Positions 32,301 to 43,292 of a DNA stretch of 64,000 nucleotides are shown here, in pieces. The stretch is taken from NCBI GenBank assembly GCA_019828565.1, contig JAHDYR010000015.1, positions 63,223-127,222 of the forward strand, given 5' to 3'. Source of the DNA: Carpediemonas membranifera BICM (Eukaryota; Protista; Fornicata). Position numbers and translations under genes: made by a program. Positions within the stretch are counted from its first letter, which is position 1. Each line of letters begins with the position of its first letter. The notes beneath the pieces were generated by a model. The model did no database searches, was not told the origin of the DNA, and was given only the letters and a program-made list of their open reading frames with translations.

Positions 32301-32507
32301 AACGCCATGAAGATCAATCAAATGATTAAGGCCCGGCAGGAGGAGCATAAGGTCGCCCTCACGATCCTTAACATGCCCCCGCTCCGTGCCCTCAACGAGA
32401 GGAACGCCATGGACGAGATGGGATATCTGGACATCCTGACGGAGGACATCGGGCCGACGCTTCTCATCAAGGGCAGCGGCAGCGAGGTCATCTCGGGGTA
32501 CGAGTAG
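29382..32507 (+). CDS. SLC12 cation-chloride cotransporter (KCC-like)
   Basis: LGTIFGV..PTCQNILGVILFLRL, ISRSLGPE.G, YPSVTGIMAG, GAPRLLQAIA, NWRPQLL, HDGGLLLLLPYLL. Confidence 0.95.
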   Translation: MSTGSESEVSEASSPDIGEIEAQSHGLSLHSMSESESTASDGDMPLPDEDNFAMSFVPRRDGEHDHAVDNDIRAAIARLAHQEAEQPNSPYTMKLYSQHEQSGKRLNHADETIPEEHEGPSSLKARLTSLSPFGKKKKAQAGKAKGLGTIFGVIVPTCQNILGVILFLRLSWITGEAGLLGTLGIIAVCTLSTILTAISVSAVSTNGPIKGGGTYGLISRSLGPEMGAAIGILFYMALTAECAMYIIGAAELVQSMFEFIPQGALGVRILSPIFLVGVLAVVFGGMKFISLMAPIFFLVTLVSIGGIYVGLLSLPRDLNRGMYPGLISTQPLDAIKSNLMPAAAFGAVSELFSVFYPSVTGIMAGPNRAASLKAPGKAIPLGTTSAIGLTTFIYVSIVVLFCFTIDNDTLRNTYQMIDGKRFFPVSEVSWPTRYIVDAGIFSSTIGAALQTATGAPRLLQAIASDNVLPILKPLRHRVLGNPVPATVFTAVLVFFILMMGELNAITPITTMCFIMCYLSVNFSCALQGMIRSPSFRPKFKFWSWKVSMFAVFLCIIIMFLISWYYALIAIGLSVGIYKYVQWTGAKQNWGDGIRGWRMQQVRSGLHSLDEIAKDVHPNNWRPQLLVLLTLATPERVLTHYKNIDALAAFGRHTVMAGLAKRAPAGGDPNKTIHTAQEAALPEFNREREDLCCECDEDCPPLVPLHPGLLSLAAQLRKSKGLTVVGAVVEGYPRETLAVRRAVKHHIERIMMPSKLKAFVSVISYHTSDRSECELLGAANLVESSGLGEMRPNCVLAHWPDEWRNPASSKSAYKFFRFISTCEAEKMAVILARNLTDSPAPKDRASGTIDIFWFLHDGGLLLLLPYLLKKHKTWRHCGMRLFTVAEPGDDTARLQKKIEDLLASARIEVESITVLELDAEVKEYAYQRTVLLDQRRELLMQLNGSFDADMLVDEISHHRETPKEPDHDRVLIIDNAMKINQMIKARQEEHKVALTILNMPPLRALNERNAMDEMGYLDILTEDIGPTLLIKGSGSEVISGYE

Positions 32508-33187
32508 TGTAAAGTTTCGGTAATGCTGTGTGCATCACGCAAGAGGCATCCAAGTCATTTGCCTCATCATTTTTTGATTTGACAGATTTGCCGTTATAAA
32601 CCAGCAGCGGCCCGAGCCCCGCTACCCTGCCCACCGAGAGATCCGCTTTCCCAATACGCAATACACTCGATTATGACACGTAGCTTGCCTCACATCTCAC
32701 CAGGCTAGACCCCCAACCGGAAGCAGACACTTTGTGTCACCTTGTCACTCTGCACATATTTAACGAGATTTTGCAAGAGCAACTCCTATGAATCGATGAG
32801 GATCAATAGTATCCATGTTCTTCTCTTCGAGGTAGAAACACAGTTGACACACAGTTAGTGCATTCCAGCAGAGGACACACAACAATACTCCCATATCCCC
32901 CAACTCCGCCTAGCTGTAGCCACTGAACAGTGCCACTGGCGATGCCGAGACTTACTGAACGAGAGCTGACCCCCAACCTTCTCAACCCTCTCCAATGGGT
33001 GATGAGATTTTCGATCCCGGCGCGCGACTCCGGCAAAGTTTGAAGACAGCAGACATGTACAGTGTTACAACTCCCTGTAGAGGAGCCTTCCAACATTGGA
33101 CTCGCCAGCTAAACATAAACCAGGCTAATTCCGTGGTGCTATTTTCGAACAAACCGAAAAAAGAGAACAACAATTCGTCATCACCAA

Positions 33188-35299
33188 ATGCCTCTTGAAT
33201 TGAAGTACAAGGTTCGTAGCTTACACTAATGGTGTTGTTAAGCATCGCTAACACAGGAGGATCTGGGAAAACCGAAACAATTCAACCCCAACTTCTCTGG
33301 CCCCATCTCTAAGCGTAGACCCCGCGATATTTGCTGTCTGTTGCTCTTCATCATCTTCTGGGTCATTGTATTTGCAATCTTCGGCTTTAGGGTCGTGAAC
33401 CCCAGCACTCGCGGCGATCCCCGTCGCGTGTTCCAGCCCATGGACTCATACGGCAGGTTCTGCGGCTTCGACGCCAGCCAGCAGGTGGAGACTGCCATCA
33501 CATGGGAGCAGATCACCAAGATCCGCAACCTCGCCGACACTACTGGCGCGGACACCGACTTTCCCACGAAGTATGCCAGCTACACTGTCGACATGGACAA
33601 CGCCATCCTCGACATGACCGACTTCGACAGCCTCTGGTTCCCCGCCACCACACTCAGCCTCGACGACTGCGTGTGCGTCCGGTCGTGCCCCGATTTCTCG
33701 ATGCCCAACGGGCTGGACGAGATTGACCTCACCGACCTCTCCCTCTTCGGGTGCGTCTGCCACCCCGACTTCGAGTATCTCACCAACCAGACGACTTCGT
33801 CCTTCGCCCACGGCGACTGCGGCTCCCTCGGCTCAGGGTCGTACGGCGATCTTTACGACAAGCTGTGCTACCATGTCGTCTACGACTCCGTATCCTCCAT
33901 CGTCCTCGCCAACCGCTGCTGGCCGTCCGACATAACTTCCATCAAGTCCGAGGAGATCAAGAACACCATCTACGAGCTCTTCGACGACTCGTCCATCTCG
34001 TCGCTCTTCATGGACCTACCCAACTCTTGGTACTTTATCCTCATCGGTCTGGGCATCGCTGTCGCCCTCTCCTTCGTCTGGCTCGTCGTCATGCGTTTCT
34101 TCGCCAAGCTTCTCATCTGGGCCACCATCTGGGCCCTCTTCCTTATCCTGATCGTGTTCGCTGCCTTCGCGACGTACCAGGCGTACAACACGTACACCGT
34201 CTACTCTGACCTCTCCAACCCGCCCTCAGCTGCCACCCGCCGCCTGGTGATTGCCATTGCTCTCGCTGCGGTGCCGTGGGTCGCCATGCTGGTCTTTATC
34301 GCCCTGCTGTGCTTCTTCTCGCCCCGTATCAACCTCGCCCTCGCCATCATCGTCGAGGCATCCAAGGCCATCGCGTCCATGCCGACCATTGTCTTCTATC
34401 CATTCATCTTCCTCGGCCTCGCCGTCATCTGCCTTGCCTTTGTCGGAGTCACCATCCTGTACGCGCTCTCAGCCGTCGAGATGACCTCCTTCAGCGGCCA
34501 CCGGGACTGGAACCTCAACTACTACGACTACGCCATCCTCGGTCTGCTGACGTTCTTCTTCTACTGGGTGTCGTTCTTCATCATGGGTGTCTGCCAGACT
34601 GTCATTGCTGGCGCCATTGCCCAGTTCTACTGGCGCCGTGACAAGAACAAGATCTACTGGCTTGACATACCGCGTGCCGTCGTGCGTACGATCCTCTTCC
34701 ACCTAGGGTCCATCGCATTTGGCTCCTTCCTCATTGCTACGATTGCATGGGCTCGCTTCGTCCTCAACTACGTCAAGAAGCGCGTGAAGGCCATGAACAC
34801 ACCTCCGGCCAAGACCCTGATGCGTGTCATCAACTGTCTCATGTACATCTTTGAGCGCATCCTTAAGTACATCACCCGCATGGCCTATATCGAAATCGCA
34901 GTTTACGGCTACTCTTTCTGCACCGCCGCCAAGAGGGCCGTGCAGCAGCTGCTCCGGAACGTCGCTCGTGTCGCTGCCATCAACGTCATCGGCGACTCGC
35001 TTCTCATCCTCGGCAAGGTGTTTGTGGCTGTGACGTCCGGCCTGGTCGTCGCGATTCTTGTCTACTTCATCTCCCCGACGGGCTCGAGCGGCGGCTTCAT
35101 CGCCCCAATGCTCATCACCGGTGTCGTGGGCTATTTGTTTAGTCATTTATTCATGGTCGTGTACGAAATGGCGATCGACACCACGTTCATGTGTTTCGTC
35201 GAGGATGTGGAAAAAAATAATGGCACACCGGCCAGACCATACTGGTGCGGCAACAATCTCAGGGCCCACATCACGAAGTCCGACCGTGCGGGCATCTAA
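33188..35299 (+). CDS. Choline transporter-like protein (SLC44/CTL); intron 33212-33256
   Basis: FSGPISKRRPRDICC, DSYGRFCG, CVRSCP, HLGSIAFGS, AYIEIAVYGYSFCTAA, IDTTFMCFVED; stop-containing 45-nt GTTCGT...CTAACACAG intron. Confidence 0.93.
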
Positions 35300-35345
35300 C
35301 ACTGCTAATCACTATGTAAATACGGTAATACCATTTATCTCATCG

Positions 35346-35379
35346 TTTGGACTCAGCAATTCTAATCCTGCGCGGCACA
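35346..35379 (+). repeat. 34-bp dispersed repeat, copy A (32/34 identical to the reverse complement of 62935-62968)
   Basis: TTTGGACTCAGCAATTCTAATCCTGCGCGGCACA vs TTTGGACTCAACAATTCTAATCCTGCGCAGCACA. Confidence 0.9.
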
Positions 35380-35850
35380 GAGAATGTTCGACGCTCAGGT
35401 TATCATCGCCAAACCTCACCTTACCGCTTATCATCGAGCAGCACACATGCATGATCAACAGCACGTGGGCGGGCGTTATCACCGATTTGGGCATAAATAA
35501 AGGGGAGCTCGGATTATGAAGAGTCAAAGAGTTTTTGTCAAATTGTCAGATCGGTTCCCCAGTGTCAAGGATGTGGACGATTGGCTGGCCCGCTGTATGC
35601 AGACGTGTGCGTGCTACTCACTAGACCAAGTTGGGGCACTGGCTGGTGTCGTCCGGCGTCGAGGTCGGGGCTCCAGACATCACTCACCTGCCGTGCCCGT
35701 GTGAAGCGTACACAAGCACCATCTCTTCTGGGCACCTGGTGTACCTAAACACATCCGGCTATTATTATCTGGCCCCCGTCACCGTGGCACGGCTGAGGAA
35801 AATCTCCCAACTTTTTTTCTTGCAAGCTTTTCTCAGCACGCTTTCTTTTC

Positions 35851-35881
35851 GTTCGTTCTCGCCTCACCTTAACTTATCCAG
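35851..35881 (+). other. Predicted 5'-UTR intron of Rab1
   Basis: 31 nt, GTTCGT...TTATCCAG, same size and motifs as the coding introns, ends 14 nt before the ATG. Confidence 0.65.
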
Positions 35882-35895
35882 CGTCCCAAGCCAAT

Positions 35896-36504
35896 ATGAA
35901 CACGGAATACGACTATCTTTTCAAGCTCCTTCTTATCGGCGACAGTGGTGTCGGCAAGAGCTGCCTTCTTCTTCGTTTTGCGGAAGACACTTATACCGAG
36001 AGCTACATCTCCACCATTGGTGTTGATTTCAAGATCCGTACTGTAGAGATCGACAATTCCACTATCAAGCTTCAGATTTGGGATACTGCCGGCCAGGAGC
36101 GTTTCAAGACAATCACTGCCGCCTACTACCGTGGCGCTCACGGTATCATCGTCGTTTATGACGTCACTGATGTAGAGACCTTCAACAACGTCCGTGTGTG
36201 GCTTGAGGAGATCAACCGCTATGCGTCTGAGGATGTCTGCAAGCTCCTCGTTGGCAACAAGTGCGATCTTGAGGACCGCAAGGCCGTTGAGTACCAGACC
36301 GCCAAGACTTTCGCTGAGTCCCTCGACATTTCTTTCATCGAGACCTCTGCCAAGGATGCCATGCGTGTTGACGACGCCTTCACCATCATCTCCAAAACTC
36401 TTCTCGAGCGCGAGGCCAAGATGGGCGGTCCCGCCAATGGCAGGCCCGGCACGATCCAGCCCGGCGCGACCCAGTCCGTTTCTTCTGGCGGCGGCTGCTG
36501 CTAA
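35896..36504 (+). CDS. RAB1: Rab1 small GTPase
   Basis: [45 protein letters not shown]-terminal GGCC. Confidence 0.97.
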   Translation: MNTEYDYLFKLLLIGDSGVGKSCLLLRFAEDTYTESYISTIGVDFKIRTVEIDNSTIKLQIWDTAGQERFKTITAAYYRGAHGIIVVYDVTDVETFNNVRVWLEEINRYASEDVCKLLVGNKCDLEDRKAVEYQTAKTFAESLDISFIETSAKDAMRVDDAFTIISKTLLEREAKMGGPANGRPGTIQPGATQSVSSGGGCC

Positions 36505-36801
36505 TTGATTGACATAAACGACATAGTGTGGCGGGGGTGTCGGCGATGTTTATATTCGAGGGTAGTGATGGCCTTGTTGGACAGCGGAGTTGAGGTATGG
36601 CGCTCATGGTGGTACAGCAAGTCTCATCTTCGGGGTCACAATGGCTCTTGTTGAGGGCAACTTGGCCGGCTACCAGAGGGCGAACAGACGGACCCTGTCC
36701 TCAGGGTCAGCCTCCCACTGACCTGGCCTTCCCCGGCAACTGGCTTGACCGATGGCTGCAACCCCCTCGGGCCGGGGGTCCAGGGTCAAATGGAGTTAGA
36801 G

Positions 36802-37152
36802 ATGAGCGGGAAACGAACGTCAGCTGTGAAGCGGAAGGCGCCTAATGAGACGCACATCATCCAAGAGATACTGAAAGACATCACCATCTCTGTCCATTCC
36901 GACTGTGCCTGCATCACCGAGGAGGACGATCATTCTTTTGCTCTCGTGCCATGTGGGCATATCCTTTGCCGCGAATGCGGGCCTAGCGCGTTTGCACGGA
37001 CTAGAAGATGCCCTGTGTGTGGCCGGAAGTACGATTGCTTCATTCTTTTGATCAATGGCTCCCAGCGAATGGTCCTGTCTCACGATGCTGCCCCGAAGCC
37101 AGCCTCGGCAGCATGCAAGAGACTCCCGGGCGGCTTCAGTTACGGTATATGA
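36802..37152 (+). CDS. Small RING-finger protein (possibly a fragment)
   Basis: LVPCGHILCREC...CPVC; the first Cys pair is atypical. Confidence 0.55.
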   Translation: MSGKRTSAVKRKAPNETHIIQEILKDITISVHSDCACITEEDDHSFALVPCGHILCRECGPSAFARTRRCPVCGRKYDCFILLINGSQRMVLSHDAAPKPASAACKRLPGGFSYGI

Positions 37153-37637
37153 CCAGTAGAGCTTCTTAGCGGACGAAGCACTGGTCCACTGGGCTGTGTT
37201 CATCATCCGGGAGTGGAGCAGGACTGAAGACGGCCTCACTGAGACGATACAGTCGCTGTGGCCTAGCATGTTATCACCGATCCGTATACAAGCCCGAGTC
37301 AGGTTTGAATTGATTGAATTGATTGGATGAGCACCAAGCCTCACTCATTCTTCATGTTGCAACGTCTCAGCGAGTAGAAAGCCATCCGACCAACGACAAT
37401 CTCGGTCGGATGGATGGAGGCATGACATGAGGAGACATGCCGTGACTGGCTGGTTCTTCTACCGCTGTTGGCTGTCCGAGACGTTTCTCTCTCACCAGAG
37501 CGGCATAGCACAACAAACGTTTGCCGGTGACAGCGATGTGTAAATATAACCGTGTTTGTTCGATGCACAGCCTAGGCGATGGCGAGCGTCCGGTTGGGAC
37601 AATTCCGCAGTCTATGTCGCGACGGGTGTAGCGGAAA

Positions 37638-38309
37638 ATGGATGATCAAACGAAACGAGATGTGAAGGAGGGCGCAAATGACTGGATCAATATACAGGAA
37701 ATCATACGCGAGTCGTTTATAACGTTGAACGGGATCGTTGAGGCCCAGCAGGGGAAAATGGATGATTTGAGGCGAGATATTGCTCGCCTGGAGCAGGAAA
37801 CAAGGGCAAAGACCAACGAGAAGGCCAAATTAGAGGAAAAGCAACAGATATTCCGGGATCGGCAAGCTGTACTGGAGAACTCGGTCATCGAGATGCAAAA
37901 CGCCGCGGATGCCGCCTTGTCGGCCAACTCGGCCTATAACGTCGACTCCATCGTAGAGTCGCTTATGCAGCGCCTTTACATGAATCCAACGAGCACAGCA
38001 ACTACCGACAGGCTTCGGCGGATCGAGACTAAGCTGACGCTGCTCGAAGAGGCAGCTGAGCCGCTTCTCTCCTCTGATAGCACGGCCGAGTTGAATACCC
38101 GCATGACGGACATCGAGCAGACTATCAGCGGGGTGAGCGACCTCCTGAAGCAGCAAGCGAAGTCTATCGACCCCGTTAAGGTGCACCAGGCACTGATGCG
38201 CAAGGTCGACGTCACCACGCTCGAGCGGCAGCTGGACGAGCTGCGGCGGGCCATTGGGCGGAAGGTGGACCGGGCGGAGTTCCAGGCCCGGGTCGAGAAC
38301 CTCGGGTGA
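37638..38309 (+). CDS. Coiled-coil protein of unknown function
   Basis: ATG-initiated 223-aa ORF with heptad pattern and host-like codon usage. Confidence 0.7.
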   Translation: MDDQTKRDVKEGANDWINIQEIIRESFITLNGIVEAQQGKMDDLRRDIARLEQETRAKTNEKAKLEEKQQIFRDRQAVLENSVIEMQNAADAALSANSAYNVDSIVESLMQRLYMNPTSTATTDRLRRIETKLTLLEEAAEPLLSSDSTAELNTRMTDIEQTISGVSDLLKQQAKSIDPVKVHQALMRKVDVTTLERQLDELRRAIGRKVDRAEFQARVENLG

Positions 38310-38608
38310 GGGGCTGTAGCATAAACGGCAGGGCATGTAGGGAGACATTGTGACTGGCTAGGAGAGGTATCGTGGTGTTCGACTCGTCTCGACTCTGGGT
38401 TGTTGACAGAGACGGGATGAATTACGACACCATGAAGGCTGTGGCAAGCGTTTGTACGCACATTTACAAACTTATCTAGCTGAAACACGAGCTCACAGCC
38501 ATATTTTCCCACGCATTTGAGGAGGACTACATAGTTGCCGCCGTTCGAGGCACCCCGAGTCCACAAGCAGTATTCTCGGGCAAAAAGATCTTTCTTGCAG
38601 CTATATCC

Positions 38609-39292
38609 ATGCATATGGCCATGAATAACATCAGAAAGGAGAAGCTACCGCCGCGCTGGCTGACGACAGTGGAGAACGCCCTCTCCAAGGTCCTCGCCCC
38701 GAAGTATCCGCACTGTGCCGAGCTCAATGACGCCTTCTTCAGCTTCCTGTACTACCATGGCCTCAGCGCCTGCTCGTTACAGCAACCATTCAAACTCGCC
38801 GGTGAATGCCTCAAGCTAGTCGGCAGCAACAAAGAGAGTTCCGCGTTCGGCGGCCCAGCCCAGCCGGCAGAGACCAGGGTGCTACATATGGCCAGAGCCT
38901 ACGGGCAGGCTGAGCCGACCAGGCGGCATCCGCCCCCGCTCCCCGCAGCAGACGGCCCACCTCCGTCCGGCCTCGAGTACTTGCCCTCGATGAACTACAG
39001 GGGCATCCTGGTCCAGCATGCTTTGAAGGAGGGCAACTCCCCGCCCAGTTATGAGACTGTGGAGGTCGACCCGCCATATGGCGAACCTGGGCAGGGCCGA
39101 AATTGGTTCAAAGCCAAATTGACTGTTACGATCGGCGGAAAGCAGGTTGTGATGGAGAATGAGGCCAAGAGCAAGAAGGAGGCCATGAGCCTGGTATCCT
39201 TTGACGTCGTCACCCGATACCTGGCCCGCACCGACATGGCCCACTGGGACGTCCCCAAGTCGGGTGAACCCGAGCGGAACTCCGGTAAGTGA
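38609..39292 (+). CDS. Protein with C-terminal double-stranded RNA-binding domain
   Basis: NYRGILVQHALK...PSYE...FKAKLTV...AKSKKEA fits the dsRBD consensus. Confidence 0.75.
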   Translation: MHMAMNNIRKEKLPPRWLTTVENALSKVLAPKYPHCAELNDAFFSFLYYHGLSACSLQQPFKLAGECLKLVGSNKESSAFGGPAQPAETRVLHMARAYGQAEPTRRHPPPLPAADGPPPSGLEYLPSMNYRGILVQHALKEGNSPPSYETVEVDPPYGEPGQGRNWFKAKLTVTIGGKQVVMENEAKSKKEAMSLVSFDVVTRYLARTDMAHWDVPKSGEPERNSGK

Positions 39293-39517
39293 GGCGTGGT
39301 GGTGTGCCGTGTTTTATCATTGTAGTTAAACTATTGCCGCAGATAGGTTGGCTTGCGGGTCATCCACATATAGTGTGTCCTTGGCTTGAGGCCCTCGCTG
39401 TAACAACTGAGCAGATAGGATGACTGCCCTATGCAGGAGAAAACCACAGCTTGAGCAGGACGTAGAGTATTTATGTGTTATGGTGCGATGTTTGGTCGAA
39501 AGTTAAGCCAACCAAAC

Positions 39518-39895
39518 ATGCCCAAACCAGCAAAACCCATCATCCACCCAATCCTAGGGATGATCCTCGCCATCCCATTCCCTGGAATCGGAATGATCCT
39601 GCATGGACAGGTCAGAAAAGGCCTTTCATGCCTCCTTTCCATCCTTGTGTGCTGGATTCTGTTGTTCTTCCTCTGTGCTGTGCTGATTGGCATCCCATTA
39701 CTCCCTATCTTCTTCATCTACATTGTTTTGAACATTATAGACGTTGAGCTCATAGGTTTCCGTTACCTGAAGGGCAAGTCCGTCCACACACACCAGTACG
39801 CCCTGCCCTTCCTCAACTACATCCTCCTACCGCCCATTATGCACGGCCGGCCATTGTCCGAGGAGGACCAGGACGCTTCAACCGTGATTGTATAG
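39518..39895 (+). CDS. Small TM2-like membrane protein
   Basis: ILAIPFPGIGMILHGQVRKGL followed by two hydrophobic helices. Confidence 0.6.
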   Translation: MPKPAKPIIHPILGMILAIPFPGIGMILHGQVRKGLSCLLSILVCWILLFFLCAVLIGIPLLPIFFIYIVLNIIDVELIGFRYLKGKSVHTHQYALPFLNYILLPPIMHGRPLSEEDQDASTVIV

Positions 39896-40372
39896 CCAAC
39901 TCAGTCGCACAGCTAAATTATTCACAACCCGCCATGTGCGGCATTGTTTGGGTCTTAGATGGCGATGGAGTCGATGCTAACACGGGTCGGGTGTTTGGCC
40001 AAGTGAGCGAACGAATCGTCACGCTTCTTGCGGAGATGTACAAGGTCGAATACCACGCCCAAGACGTCACTCCACACCAAGGCCCTCAACCAGACCTGGG
40101 CCATCGCCCGTACCACCCGCAGCTGCATCCCCCAAGACGGGCCGCTACCTCCTGATCAACACGCCCTCTGCCCTCACCCCATCCTCGCCATCTGCTCTGC
40201 CTCCAAGGCCTACATCAGCGCCCTACTGAGTACCCCAACCTCGACGTAAAGGCCTTCACACACGTTTACGTCCCTTCCCCATGACCCTCGCCAGCCAGAG
40301 ACCCTCTGGTCGGCACTGTGATGGTCCAACAGACGAAGGGTATCGCTCCCCAGCGGAGGGGGAGAAGCCGGG

Positions 40373-40423
40373 GTAAACGCACCATGTATGTCTACTATTC
40401 ATCTCCAGAGCTCGGCTGGAATC
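40373..40423 (+). repeat. 51-bp dispersed repeat, copy A (49/51 identical to 47712-47762)
   Basis: GTAAACGCACCATGTATGTCTACTATTCA(T/C)CT(C/T)CAGAGCTCGGCTGGAATC. Confidence 0.9.
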
Positions 40424-40654
40424 ACTCAGGAGCACGTAGGGTGTCCTGCCCACCGGTGCTGGGGCCGGCACTGTTCGTCATCCTCGGACCTACCCGGGCA
40501 GAGTTGAGATGCCGGTCATATTTGCCGTGAGGCAGCTCGAGGGCACACCTTCTTGATTTACATTTGGACCGCAACTTGATACGTTTGTCATGTACCGCTG
40601 GTAACGCGACACTCGAACAGTTCTCTACCGCAAGGCTCGGCCATTGTCTATCTT

Positions 40655-41621
40655 ATGCAGCAGAAAGATCTTCATAAGGTTCATTTTTTGCATCAACAGC
40701 TCTTTTACCCAGATACAAGCTGAACTGAGCAAGCTATTCGGTTTCGAATGGAAATTTGCGGTTGTTGAAGAGCTCTTGGCCTATTCAGACGAAGAAACTG
40801 TTGAATCAGGCAGGTTACTCTTCAATTCCGCATTATCTGTGCTTGCGATTGAACATAAGGTCAACATGGCCAATGTGCTTGCCGACCACGGGTTGGACCG
40901 AATGAAGGGCATTGCTGCCGTGTACAAGGCTCTCAGTGCACCTGACGTGCTCAAACTGACGACAGAACAGCTCCAGACCCGTTTTCCTAAGGTCTTTTAC
41001 TATCTTGTCCGGGAAGACGGTTGCTGCTTAAGCCGCCTCTTGGCCGTCATCGCCGACCTGGACATCATCCCGCTGTTCAGAGCTCAGACGACCACCGAGA
41101 GTGTGCTCAAGAACGAGGATGAGGATGCGATTGAAGAGCCTGGCCACAACCAAGTGATCAACCCGCCACCGGGCCCGGATAACGTCCAGCTGCTCCCGCC
41201 CAGCGAAACATACGACGCCTTCTGGGACGACAAGGCCGGGCCAGACTCGGACACCGGACTGGATGGGATGAGTTCAGTGAGCCATTCCGGCCGCATGCCT
41301 GGTCCGTCACTGCCGAGACATATTCAAATTCCACAGAACCCAGCGAATTCATTCCAGTACACCGAGGGGATCAACTATAAGGGCGTCTTGAACGAGTTCA
41401 GCCAGAAGATGGGCATCCAGTTCCCGACTTATGAGACTCGGCGCCGGGTCGACCGGGGGCAGTGCGGGGGGAACTTCGTGTGCGCTATTAGAATGACGAT
41501 GCCTGATGGGGAGGAGGTTTGTCTGAATGCTGTTGGGATCACGAAGAAGGATGCTGAGTTCCGGGCAGCTTGCAGGCTTATATTTCTCAAGCTGGCGGAT
41601 GACCTAGTGTTACCCCACTGA
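40655..41621 (+). CDS. Protein with C-terminal dsRBD; predicted intron 40679-40712
   Basis: NYKGVLNEFSQK...PTYE...FVCAIRM...GITKKDAEFRAA. A 34-nt GTTCAT...TTTACCCAG intron links ATG 40655 in frame. Confidence 0.78.
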
Positions 41622-41949
41622 GTTTCCACTTCACAGCATGAAAGAGATAAAGTAGACGCATTAGGCATAGTAGACGGAGGTCTGGTCACGACAGCAACTG
41701 GAATGGCACGGGTGGGTGTCTGCACAGGGACTCGGGGTCACATTACAATGGTTAAGTGAGTTAAGAAAGTTTGAGCACCGACAGTCGAGTGGCGATTGAT
41801 CGATGACAGAGTCAACCCGAACCCGAGTGTCACAAGAGCCAGCTTGGGGGATTGGAGCTGGGTTGAACGTCCACCCGGAGAAGTAAAGCTACCTAAGCAT
41901 CGATGCCTTTACTTAAACCAAGTGTAAACCATGTCTACTCCCCCACCGC

Positions 41950-43239
41950 TCACACACACTCCAGCAGCTCATCCACCAGCTTCTCCTCACCATGCATGCG
42001 CCCCCACTCCCGCGCCGCGTCCTTCAGGTGAGCGAGCGATCGCCCAGCCCTCTCAGTGAACCCCTCCTCGACTGCATCATGCAGGGTAGGGCTGGCCCAG
42101 GCATTGATGAGGATGAACGCCACATCAAGCAGGGCGGCCAGGCCCGCGTCAAGCTTCATGGCGTACGTCTCCTCGTCGGTCGGGCCGGTGACTGTGGCCA
42201 GAGTCGCGGTCAGCCGGCCATAGCCCTCCAGCAGCCGCATCAGCAGAGTGTGTTCGTGGTGCGCGGCCATCATCACAACTCGGCCGTACGTATCCCCTGA
42301 CGCGTACCGGAGGAGACCAGCCATGAGTCCCAGCGCATGAACGCCCAGACCGGCCTTACTGGCGATCGCCCAGGGCAGCAGGGGCAGGGCGGGACAGAGG
42401 GTGGGGGCGAGGGCCGGGTCGATGGTCAGGGCCGTCTCCAGGCAGCGGGCGAGCTCGTCAGCGTCCACCATTCGGCACAGGGCGGGGCGGTGGGCGAGCA
42501 GTTTAGCGACGACTGCTCGAGCGGGGGGACTGACGGAGCCCTGGAGGGCAATGGCCCGGGTGGTGACCGACAGCAGGCATGCCACGGCCTCGCACGCCTC
42601 CTCGTCACCGTCACTGGCCTCATCGACAGCCCGGTCGAACACGGCCTCGACCATGCCCAGGACGGCGTCGAGGAGGGTCACGTCGGTGTCAGGGGCGGTC
42701 AGCACGGCGTCGAGACAGCTCGCGGCGTCTGGGAGGAGGGTTGTATCCAGCAGCCCGGCGAGAGTCTCCACGCCGTCAGCCATGTGAAGCTTCAACCCCC
42801 GGCCGGCCATGGACTCGAGCGCGCTAAGACTGACAGCCCCCTCGTCCCCGCCAAGAACACAGGCAGTGTGTAGGAGGACGGCTTGTACTCCCGCGGCACA
42901 TAGCTCGGCTATGAACGAGGAGAACGCCTCTTCGGCTGTGTCGTCGGTGAGGAGGCTGTCGAGTGAAGTGGCTGAGGCGGTCACGGCGGTGGGGACGGAT
43001 GAAAGGAGGACCTCGGCGATGGATGCTGCGTATTTGTGCTCCATCTTATGTTCATAGAGGCTGTCGAGCTCTACATTGCCAGCAATGTCGCTTAGAGCAA
43101 GAATGACGTCGGGAAGCGACGGATAGCGCACATCATCGGGAAGGCCTTCAGCTCCAACAGGTTTGAGCAGTTCCTCGCGAAATTGTGCCACAGAACGCGT
43201 TAGTTCATGAATAGGCTGCATCGCAACGTTCTGCTCCAT
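41950..43239 (-). CDS. CTNNBL1: Divergent beta-catenin-like 1 (ARM-repeat spliceosomal protein)
   Basis: DEETYAMKLDAGLAALLDVAFIL resembles the CTNNBL1 motif EEEFYLRRLDAGLFxLQ; helical-repeat character throughout; start uncertain. Confidence 0.6.
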   Translation of the reverse strand: MEQNVAMQPIHELTRSVAQFREELLKPVGAEGLPDDVRYPSLPDVILALSDIAGNVELDSLYEHKMEHKYAASIAEVLLSSVPTAVTASATSLDSLLTDDTAEEAFSSFIAELCAAGVQAVLLHTACVLGGDEGAVSLSALESMAGRGLKLHMADGVETLAGLLDTTLLPDAASCLDAVLTAPDTDVTLLDAVLGMVEAVFDRAVDEASDGDEEACEAVACLLSVTTRAIALQGSVSPPARAVVAKLLAHRPALCRMVDADELARCLETALTIDPALAPTLCPALPLLPWAIASKAGLGVHALGLMAGLLRYASGDTYGRVVMMAAHHEHTLLMRLLEGYGRLTATLATVTGPTDEETYAMKLDAGLAALLDVAFILINAWASPTLHDAVEEGFTERAGRSLAHLKDAAREWGRMHGEEKLVDELLECV

Positions 43240-43292
43240 ATATGGCCGACCATAAACGCCGTAAACAGTCATCCCACGATCCCCAGTGACAC

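Noticed and set aside
39934-40249. MCGI-starting ORF as an Ntn glutamine amidotransferase
   Set aside because: Only the first four residues match; no RG.D motif follows and the ORF ends after 73 aa.
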